A stretch of 64,000 nt of DNA. It comes from Torpedo marmorata (lineage: Eukaryota). The notes under the pieces were generated by a model. The model was not told the DNA's origin. It searched no databases and saw only the letters and a program-made list of their open reading frames with translations. The DNA is taken from positions 165,726,001-165,790,000 of the forward strand of contig OZ360226.1 of the NCBI GenBank assembly GCA_977017645.1. The letters are read 5' to 3'. The first letter of the stretch is position 1. Each line of letters starts with the position of its first letter. A program made the position numbers and the translations under genes. This document shows positions 13,146-23,418 of the stretch, piece after piece.

Positions 13146-13526
13146 CTACCAGGAAGACACAGAAAGGCCAGAAAACACAGTCAACTAGCCAATTCTCAAT
13201 GGAGGAATACTGTCATACAACACTTTAAAAAAAAAAGCATTACTTTAAACTTCAGGTTGAAGGAAGCCCGGCTTACAATGTTGCAATTCTTGCAGGGGGT
13301 GGCTTGAAACTCTAAACCAAAATTAAAGAAGTTGAATTGCAATTTTACGGCGGAAATTATAGCGACTCAAACCAAAATCAACAGAAGTTTATGTTGCAGT
13401 CTATGCAAGCAGAGAAATGGTGGTTTACGTGGATAAAAGCGACACATTTTAAGAACCTATGCCCCATGCAGTGTCACTTAAGTTCGCGATCACAAACGGT
13501 ACACAGAGAGGGAGGTAGCTACATAC

Positions 13527-13649
13527 CGGCGGCGCTGGCAGACAGGCTCTCCTTATTGCTTCCGAGCTGGAGTGCAGAGAAGTGTACTTGTGCTCAGGTA
13601 GGGTATGATGCATGCCGAAGGCTGGCTGCTTGCTGTTCATGGACATCAT
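13527..13649 (-). CDS. POU4F1: POU4F1 coding exon 1 (41 aa, MMSMNSKQPAFGMHHTLPEHKYTSLHSSSEAIRRACLPAPP)
   Basis: Canonical POU4 N-terminus; ATG at 13649 in caaaATGa context; phase-0 donor CCG|GTATGT at 13526 joins in frame to exon 2 (381-nt intron). Confidence 0.96.
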
Positions 13650-13779
13650 TTTGAACACTGTACATAAGGATGCCCGAGAGAGCAAATGAGGCTGCAACAG
13701 TATTTAAAAGAAAGTAAAAGTTCTGAGAATATATGTATTTATATATGCATTTATGATTCTTTTTTAATGTAAATAAATA

Positions 13780-14180
13780 TGAGGCGGCAGGCCGGTGTGC
13801 CGCCTGCACGCCCTGGCTGTGTGCGCGTCTCTCTCACTCACAGCTGTCTCTCTATTACTGCTGGTCTCGACAGATGAGGCGCTTACACCTGCTCCCGAGT
13901 CTCGTCCCATCTCCGCACTCGCGCGAGATTCCCTCCCTCGCTCTCCTCCCCCCTACCACCACCACCCCCCCCCCCCCCCGCCTCCCGAAGTCCAGAGCCC
14001 CGTGCAGCACTTGAGAACCGGATGTCGCAAAAGGAGGTTGGAGAGAGAGAGAGAGAAACGGTGCAAGGGCCGCCCTTGCTCTCCGGCCAGTCCCTTAGCC
14101 GCGCAAGCGTGCTTGTGCTCCGCCTTCGCACTCCGCCTTCCCCGCTGCCGGAGCGTGGGTTCCTGAGATTGACAACCCGA
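13780..14180 (-). promoter_or_regulatory. Probable POU4F1 promoter/CpG island and 5' UTR start
   Basis: GC/CpG-rich segment just upstream of exon 1, with a GC box (GGGCGG on the minus strand ~14070), E-boxes CAGCTG/CAGATG (~13841-13876) and G/C and GA tracts. The TSS cannot be determined from sequence. Confidence 0.6.
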
Positions 14181-17100
14181 CCTCCTTTCAACCCTGACTG
14201 CAAGTTCAGGAGGAAAACTACAGATCCCACCGTACAGCTTTTCACCAGTTCAAGGGTCTGAGCACGAGCATATGCAAAATTATCACCTCGAATTGCAATG
14301 CAGAAGCCAATTGCAAATAAGTGTAGCATATGCCATATATTACATTTGGTCGGCCCCTTGAGGTGTCTTGTAATATCCTCAAAAAGATTAAATATGGAAC
14401 TAATGCCCAAAAGTATGTATGTGAGTGTTAGTTTTTCAGAAATATATCGAGGCTCCTGTTACAATTATACGAACAGGTTTTGAACACAAAGCAGTTGAAG
14501 TGTATCTAATTCAATGCAAAAATACCCAAATGCAGGAGGAATTTAGTGGTCAGGTAGCATATATGGAGGGAAAAAGATTGCCGACGTTTCCGGTCGAGAC
14601 CCTACATCAAAACAAACGTGCCCTTGTGCATTTCTCGCCACAGACGCTGGCTACCCCGCTGAGTTCCTCCAGCAATTTGGGGTTTATTTTTAGCCCGGAT
14701 TCCAGCATCTGCAGTCTCTTGCTCCTCCAGTGGAATGCATTTCGCAATAGTCCCTGGCTCAACAGGAAGCACTTGAAGCCAAAAGAATCTAGAGGTCGTC
14801 AAACTTTGCTTGCACTTTATGCCCCCTGGGTTTAAAGGATTTCAGTGAAGGCCAGTGAACAAACATGCCGGCACTCTTGGAGAGAGGGGTTAAATCGCAT
14901 GCGCACGCGCACTTTCCTTGTGTTCCTTGGAGTAGAGGTTTAATCCCTGTTGGAATACCCAAGTACATACCTACACGAACGGTGTGAATTTCTCCGTTGG
15001 GCTGTGTCGAATTTAATTAGGTGTGCTCTTTTGAATTGTTTTATTATACTGGCGTGTCAACGCCAAACATTTTTTCATCCTAATCTCCCCATGAAAGCTG
15101 TATGGCTGCAGTATTCAGGTTCCATCTCGCGAGAACTTTAAATAACATGATGAAATAGTTATATTCGAAAGCTCAATTAGAATCAAAATAGTCAATGGGC
15201 GAAGTTCATAGATTTAATATAATTCGGCCTGCGAATTTCCCTGATGATTTTTTAAACTTTTATATGTTCTTTCTAATTATGGTGAATATGCATTAATAAT
15301 TAATTCTAATAAAGAAAACAAAGGATGGGAAGGTGGTTATAGTTTGTATTATATAGATATTAATAGAAAGCAACTTGTTTTCCACTGATGCAGAGTCTAA
15401 CCCTTAAAAATTTTCATTAAAAATACTCGGAAAAGTTTATGTGAGTAGTTATTTTGCACCATTCAATAACAATCTGCCGTCCAAGAATAAATACTTGGTT
15501 ATGTTTACTTTATACGTCCAGGAATTGTAGTAGCATGGGTTGTGATTCCACAGAATGATATCGTGTAAGCCTCCTTACGGAATCGATTATGATAGTTCTT
15601 CTATCTCTTTCCTTTGCAGAATCATAACATGTTGAGTTTTAACGACAAGTTCCAGTTATATTTTATAGTCCAATCTATTTTTCACACGCATATTATATAC
15701 CAATGTAAACTATCATCATTATTCTTCTTTTACTAATAGTTTGGTGTAAAGCGTTACACCAAACTATTGGTGTAAGTATTTGGAACTCTGTTGGGATTTG
15801 ATGAGATCGTAATGAAAAGAGAACTTCTATGTCGCAACCAAAACAAGTGCTAAGTTTTATAGCATACCACCACGTGCGTAAACGCGAAGACAGTGAACAA
15901 TGGCATTAGTCTGCTAATGGGTTATTAATACAAGTTATTTTCAAGGATAATCGTTTCTAACCGGATTTTTTTCTGTTCGAACATGTCCGTAATGATAGAT
16001 CCAATGCATAATAATGAATGCAGTCATTGCATTGAGCAGCCGGGTTCACCTTATTTTACAATTAATATAAAATGCAATCAGAAATAAACTTTACTGCTGA
16101 AACTAAGCCGAAGAAATCACATCATTAATATCCATAGATATGTACCAGAAATATCACTGGGTAGTATATTAGTGGTGATATGAATTAAACAGTAAAATTC
16201 TGGGGGTCGGTATTTATTGTCAGTTTGCAATTTTAACGTCAATATAATTTTAATCGTATTTGATTAAAAGCTACTTAGAGACCGCTTCTATGTCCTTGAC
16301 CTTTATATCTGTAAGGCCGCCAACACTTTTCCAGAGAAATGTTGCTGAATCATCAAACTATGTAAGTGCTTGAAATAAAGCCATGATACGGGTTTCAAAT
16401 TGGTGTGATTTCTAACGTATTGCATATATCGGAAACATGTTTAACATACTCCAAAAAGAGTTTGACATTGACTTTATTTCTCAGCCTTATTGGTTGTCTG
16501 TGATGTGGAAGTAAATATCAAACAGTAACCCCTCATATTTCATGCATCAGTATTCCAGTATTGAAACTGCCACGCAAACTATGTATAATTATGGATCAAA
16601 TTTCATGGGAACTGAAAGGTAGAAACTACACACTCAACAAGTAGCAAGAAAGGGAACCACCTCCACCGTGACATTTCAAAGGCAGCGATGTCGATATTAT
16701 CCGTGTCAGCCGCTAGTTTCTATCAACTGAAACAAAATGGGAAAATCTTGTGAAGACAAAAAGAGGTAAATATCTACGCGAGTAGATAACGAAGGAAATA
16801 ACCTTAAATAAAAGATAAAATCAGCATTGATCAAAATATTTGTTGAAAATCAAGTCATTTGATCGAACAGAGGCCAATAAAGCTTTCTTTCACTGGTTCA
16901 TCACTCTCTTTGGAGGTGATGTTGTGGAGGGATCTCGAGGGCTACAAGTTAAGAAGGAATTGGTGGACATTTTCTCAACTGTTGCTTTATGCATATCCCC
17001 GTGTTTCTGAAAATAAACTTGATCAAACCAACCCATGGCATTCAAAGTAAATAAATAAAAGGATTCACTTCGGAAATCAAAACTTTCTCACATAAATGTT

Positions 17101-18224
17101 TCCAGGTAATATCTACGCATTAGATTTCTGCAGGTTCCAGGTCGAAACACCTTTGGAGGTTGCAGCGTATAGCATGCAACTGTGCATATAAGAAACAGAT
17201 TAACGTAATGCAAGGACTTTTTCACAATGTGTATACAGAATATGTTAATTGATATTCTATCAGCAATTATAGAAAATAGACATAATTGAGCAGAACATTA
17301 GCAAATGAGGGAAAGACTCTCTGTATCGCCGTGTTTAGCAGTGATCTCCAGATTATTCCAGCACTTGCATCTCTTCAATTTATAGTTGAATAAATAGTAC
17401 TTCTGAACGTAAACCTTCACCAATCGCAGAAGCATTGCCATTAATTATGTTTTAAAAAGAGTTGGTCTGAACAAGAACAATGTTTTTCTTAATATTTCCT
17501 CATAAACTGTATTTTAGTGTGTTAAGCGTAAGAAGAAAATGCTGGTTATTTTAGGGCCATGCCTGAAGTATAATCAATAAAGCAAATCCTGCTTTCTGTT
17601 CTCCAGGCAAATGTTGTTTTATTTATTTCAAAATATTTTGGTGTTGTTTGACATTGGTTCTATGGCTTGTCTTGGGACGTTTTACTACTTTAAAAAGAAG
17701 TAGGTGTCTTCTATTGTTGCAATTGACCTATCTACGTAATTTAACACGAAACATGAGGGAACAAGTTTATATACTCACTTGAAATTGCTAAGAGGAATGT
17801 TTACATTCCAGGACCATTTTTTCATAAAGATCTTCCAAAGATATTGGATTGGATTTGCTTCCCTCCCATTACCACTATGTAACTGATTGATAATGAGTAA
17901 TGTCGAGGGAAGCGGTGCAGAAGGAATAGGAAAATCTCTACTTTCTGTGGAGTCAGCGGCCCACATCCTTTATGTGATATTTGTTGGTCTGTCTTTTTAA
18001 TGCCATTGTCCTAAATAGGCAAATGGCAGCGATCTGCTGACTGTTAACTGACATTCGCAAGAGAACTGTAATTGCTTCTATAATTCAGCATCCAGGACCG
18101 TGAATATATTTCATCTTTTTTTTTTTTGCTACCTGTCAAACATACTTAAGTGTCACGGTGTAGTGATAATCAAGGAGATTTAGATACATTTGTTTATGTG
18201 CAGATGCAGTTACTGTATGTAAGA

Positions 18225-18335
18225 CGCATACCTTGAAGAAGGTCTCCGGCCGGAAACGTCCGTTATCTATCTTTACCTTACCTCATATGGACACTACGAG
18301 ATCTGCTGAGTTCCTCCTGGCATGCCTGTGTTTTT
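18225..18335 (+). mobile_element. Short Penelope pseudo-LTR relic
   Basis: CCTTGAAGAAGGTCTCCGGCCGGAAACGTC...CTGCTGAGTTCCTCCTGGCA matches the pLTR of the element at 41707-44819. Confidence 0.7.
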
Positions 18336-21300
18336 AATGTCAGACGCAATATACACTTGCTAGTGAACTACACGTTAATGTAACTCGATATGTTTGCATG
18401 GGTCTACTAATGTACATTTATCTGAATTCTTTTAGCAAATAAGGTTATGGACTTGAATACCAATTAGAAGACAGGCTAGTCCATGTTTTTCGATTTAGTA
18501 CTCAGTATGACATACTTAAAGCACACTAAAGATAACAACTTTCAATTCCTCTGTAATAAGTCGGTGTAACTATAATATTGCACTCGAATTATTGAAAACA
18601 TGTTTAAAATCCCAATTTTATAAGCCTTTGACACAGGAAATTAATGCACCATTTAATTTATTTCTCTGTTTAATTGGGTGTGAGAGACGTGGGTGGTGAA
18701 TCTTTGTGAGTCGTCCATTATAATGACCAATATCTTTAGTTGGAGCAATAATATTCCCTTTTTATCCTGTGGGACTGCTGAATTTCTTCCCACAAAGACA
18801 CGCATACATAATGGACAACGTTCAGCTCCTACTGGAATTGCCAGTGAATCAGAACTCTGTTGAGAATTATGTGCAGGAATGTGTGATTGCACTCCTCGGG
18901 TCGATATTATTTTGAATTATTTTTAATGAGGCACAACTAGTTCTGAATAATTCTTCAATAGAGATCTTCTACAAATAGCTGGCTATGATTTTGGAATTTA
19001 ATGGCGCTGTAACACGAGGTATAATGCAACGGTGTTAAGATGTGATGTGTATATCACTCATTATAAGAACTGCTGGGTGATAACCAGACCTTTCCTTAGC
19101 CACAAGCGTCTCAAGTAACGATTGCAACGATTAGATTTTTCAGTCTCGCAACAACGTTGTGTTGAGTGTACAGTTTTACCATTTAATAGCCCTGTTGTGA
19201 AAGTGTTCTGCTTCTCAGTAGTTATTTGTTGAAATTCGTAAATTGTATGTAAAATATTGTGTCATGAAAACGTTTGATTGGATTTTTCAGAAACGAGATA
19301 AACTTCCGCCTTGCCCACTTCCTACTGCTGTAAGACAATCAAGGGTTTTAAAACTGTTTTAAAATTCCAACTGCACCCCACCATTTTGTTTTGCACACCC
19401 CGATGTATTTTACATTAGTTTTACAAGCTCACAGGGCAGGCCAACCCGCGCATTGCTGAGTTCAAAGGCCAACGCCCAGTCAGCAGGCCAATTGTGAAAC
19501 AATCAGCACCAAATGATGCCGATTGAAAATTATTCTTATATTCAAATGTTAAAGTCCGACATCAGATAAATTAAAAATAAAAGCTTACTTGTATTTAAAA
19601 TAGTCAGTTTGATGTGAAATACGAAAGTTGGGAATTTATTTCATTATCGCAATTAACAAATCATTTTATTTACCGATTTAATATGGTTTATACGAAACGA
19701 TGTTTTAAGTATATAAAACATGTTATGGAATATGAAATGATAGGGCATGTGCTTTCAAATGAATCAATTCCTCAGATTAGCAAAGAACAGCTAACTGTCG
19801 ACGTAATTGAGATTTCATTCGAAGTGTGTAACGATGTAATATTAAATATTGAAAGCCTTAATTGTGGTTTCCATCCCAGGGTACTTGCTGCTGAACCCCT
19901 TTAGGGGAAGGTATGAGCTTGCCTGCTTGGGGTCTGGATGCCAGCGTTCTGATTATACACAGAACACCTTGTGATGCCCATTGTTACCTAATTGCCGCTT
20001 ACAAAAGCAGAAGACCTTCTTGCACAATTATTTGAAATTCGAAACCACGGTCCCACTCATTCCAAGTTCTGCGAAATCGCTGCCTTGTCCCACATCTGGT
20101 CAGATTTATTAGAATGTTTTAACGAAATCATGCATCTTTAACAAGCCTTTAATCACTCCATGAAATTTTAATTCATGAACCGTGGTGCGTTTAAATAAAT
20201 GAAGCGTTAATTCATTAGGATTAATTAATTTGTTAAGAACTTGTATGCAAGGCCGACACAGTATTGATCTGTTAGTGTTATGTGCAAATAGGGTAATGAA
20301 GAGCTAACGATAAGATTAAGCCTTACTTAGCCCGTATCAACATTTACAAATGTTTGTTGTCAAAAGTTTATGATCTAATGCGAAGTGACACATAGATAAA
20401 CAGCAGAGTACATCCGAAAATCGAAATATTGTATTTCCTTTTATGTGTCAACAATGCTCTTTTATTCATAGGATTTTTTAATACTTTGCCAGCGCAAATA
20501 TCTACCTGCGGTCTTTCACTCGACGAAACAGAAAGCCGCGAATCCAGCCTCATTTGACCTAGATTGGTGGACAGGTGTTCGTGATCACAAGAACACGGAC
20601 AGAGGGGGCCACTTGTGCCCGGAGCCTATGTATAATCAGTTCCTTTGGAAGTGGGATTGACACTTGCAAATGATAATCTTTGAAAGGACGTGAAGTATTC
20701 TTTGCATCTTCCGGGACGGCATTGTTGGATTCTGAGCTTTGTGTTCGTCCAATATAAACGGCGTTCCCATTCGAGCACTTATTTCTTAACTACTTTAAAT
20801 CGATGGTTTAGATCGTCGAAATTAAGCTGTTCAAAAACTGATTATTGCTTCTAAAGCGAATTGACAATAAAGCATAACGATTGTATTAACGTAAAATAAA
20901 TGCGATTACAATCTTTGTATATTCCAGTTTTATTGACGTTAGGGCGTTTGTTGTATGGAGGTCGGGGTTGTCGGTCGGATTTATGCTTTCTTACAGGCGC
21001 GTAATGCGAAGAACTGATGGGGAAGGCTGGACGGCGCCGTGTGACTGATTATCCCGCAATGCAAATTCCGGATGAACATCATGGTTCATGGGAAAGCGGT
21101 CGTGTTACTGTGCAACCCTAACACTGTGTAGTCTTAGAAGACAGTCGTGCAGTGGGATCAACCGCGGTACACAACTTGCCAGCAAATGTGGGGAAATTAT
21201 GCTTTTCGTATTCAGAAAATGAAAATGAGCCGACATCCAACGCGCTGAATCGCTGTTGCTGGAATTTCTCTCACTCTTTTGGTCCTTCGATCATCTGCGG

Positions 21301-21929
21301 CACTTTCTCCGAACAGGAGGCTTAGACTGAAGCGGAGTGGAGCGCTCAAGCTGGTTGAAAGCCCCGGTGGACCAGGCGCTGGTTGTGTGCGTGTGGGGGT
21401 GGGGGGGGGGGGGGTGGGGGGGAGGTGGAAAGGAAGGGGGAGGTGCAATACTGCACTGCCGACTCGCCAATGCGAGATTAAGAGGAGTTGCAGTCACAGG
21501 AGGATTTCCCGGTCCAGGCAGAGTGGAAGAGGTCTCCAAAGTCAATTACCTGTCGACTTTTGCTATAACCAAAGCGATTGCAGATTTATTTTTACATTAC
21601 AAGATGGGTTAGACTTGGTTTGGCTAGCTCAGAACCCGTCCGGAACTTTGTAACACGTTGGACGGAGTTGCTAACTGCAATCACGAATAGAATCGTTCAC
21701 TGCATATCCAAAAACCACTTGTCTTTACATGGTCCTATTGACGCTGTAAATTTAATTATCCATCCTTTGATATTTATGATCTCTTTTCTGCCTTCCATTT
21801 GTGATCATTTATATTTTTACTGTTGTAGTTGGTGTATTTTATTTACCTGTTTTGGCTGCAGCAGTCAAGAATTTCGGTCAATCTGTACATATGTATATGC
21901 AACAATAAACTCACATTGAACACATAAAC

Positions 21930-22412
21930 AACAGTGCTTCACAGCTTCCACAAATCTGCCACACAGCCACAGGTTGGATCGCAACTTCCGGCATTGTTGG
22001 GGTGGAGTTTGCATGCTCTCCCTGTGTCCTCATCGTTTCACCGCTCGCCACACACCCCGTGGTGCTTCCGTATCCTTTCACATCCCAAAGATTCCTACGT
22101 TGGTCAGTTAAATTGGCACTGTAACCTGTCCCTAAATCAGTGGTTCTCAACCTTTTTTCCTTCCACTCACATACCGCCTTAAGTAATCCTTTACTAACCA
22201 CGGCATCCTTTGCCATAGGTGCCCTGTGGTTAATAAGGGATTACTTAAGGCGGTATGTGAATGAAAAAAAAAGGTTGAGAACCACTGCCCTAAATGTATG
22301 GCACTAGAAAGAGGAATCAAAGAAGTGTGGATGGGCACGATTGAGAGAGAATAAGTTTCAAGGTCATCGAGAACTCAGGGGGGTGGGGGGAGAAGTAATA
22401 GGATTGATCACT
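21930..22412 (+). mobile_element. Old V-SINE/HE1-like SINE interrupted by a hAT MITE and a Gypsy element (tail resumes at ~28920-28955)
   Basis: V-domain-like GGAGTTTGCATGCTCTCCCTGTG...ACATCCCAAAGA; similar to the copy at ~59590-59930; CR1-type tail ...CTGAATGGCCTCC follows the 3' LTR. Confidence 0.6.
22138..22287. mobile_element. hAT-type palindromic MITE (150 bp hairpin)
   Basis: TIRs CAGTGGTTCTCAACCT / AGGTTGAGAACCACTG, a near-perfect fold-back along its whole length, and a perfect 8-bp TSD CCCTAAAT (22130-22137, 22288-22295). Confidence 0.92.
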
Positions 22413-23109
22413 TGTTATGGACCATGACTGACCATTTGGACTGCGGACGGTCAGCAGGAAGGATTAAGTCTTTTGGAGTTCACACTGGGACCAGGTACTG
22501 AAAGAGTTAACTTGCCCAGGACTGGGTGTACTCAGAGAGAGAGAGAGAGAGAGAGAGACCGAGAAAGAGACAGGCTGTTGCACTTTTGCAAAAGCAGGTG
22601 CAAACCTCTGCAAAAAGCATTGAGATTCATTTTGGAGTTGCAAGAGGCTGAAAGAACACAGCCAAAATCCAGGCTTGTGCATCCCAGGGGAAAAGGCTGG
22701 GAGAATAGCACATGGCCTCCTGTATCAGCAAAATCCTGAGTTAAAACAACTTTTGTAAAGAACAGGCGTGAGATCAGAGACAGGCTGTGAGATCCACGTA
22801 TATGCCTCAATCAAAACTGATTTGGAGTCGCAATCCTCGTGTATCTACTAAAGGGGAAAGTCATCAGAGAAGAAAAGCAGGCCAAGCATTCGTAAGCTTA
22901 AACAGTCATTGTCTCTTTCTCCAACGTTCATTAAGAAGTCCTTAATGCCAGCACACAGAGCTGAATTTGGACCCTGAACATAGAGAGTGATTTTTGTGGA
23001 CTGTATTTTTGGGACTGAGTTATTTTTATGATTGACCTGGGTTTTGGTGAAGGTTTTCCATTTTTACATGAGGGTTGGGCACAGACTGTAATGGTCTGGG
23101 TTTTATACA

Positions 23110-23142
<33 letters not shown>

Positions 23143-23287
23143 TTTAGATGAGAATCGTGGTTATAGACATTTATAGAGGGGTTAATTGTTAAGAAATTAT
23201 ATGTTTATTTGACTTTAATAAATATAATTTTCAATTTTACCCCTTTTGCATTGCATCTTCTGTCGTTGCTGGTTTGAATTTGTAACT
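22413..23287 (+). repeat. 5' LTR of the Gmr1-like element
   Basis: Starts TGTTATGG, ends TGTAAC(T); direct repeat of 28078-28919; AATAAA at ~23217; internal (GA)n and (CA)n. Confidence 0.92.
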
Positions 23288-23290
23288 AAT

Positions 23291-23308
23291 TGGGGGCTCG
23301 TCCTAGGA
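23291..23308 (+). promoter_or_regulatory. Primer binding site complementary to the tRNA-Pro 3' end
   Basis: TGGGGGCTCGTCCTAGGA just after the 5' LTR; close to the classical tRNA-Pro PBS TGGGGGCTCGTCCGGGAT. Confidence 0.85.
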
Positions 23309-23418
23309 TTTGAATCAAGATCCATCTTGGTAATTGAAGGAATCCCAGTCTGGTTTAAGACATTCCTTTTGTAAAGCTAATTAAAAGCTAGTGTGTGTGT
23401 AACAAAAAACCAGCAACA

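Noticed and set aside
12123-13307. Several plus-strand and alternative-frame ORFs over POU4F1
   Set aside because: Shadows of GC-rich coding sequence with no recognisable domains.
12147-13649. Alternative assignment as POU4F2 or POU4F3
   Set aside because: FASLDETLL and AVSQGKSHPFKPDATYH plus adjacency to OBI1 fit POU4F1.
19503-20602. REST/NRSE half-sites (TCAGCACCA at ~19503, CACGGACAG at ~20594)
   Set aside because: Isolated half-sites more than 1 kb apart, not a canonical RE1.
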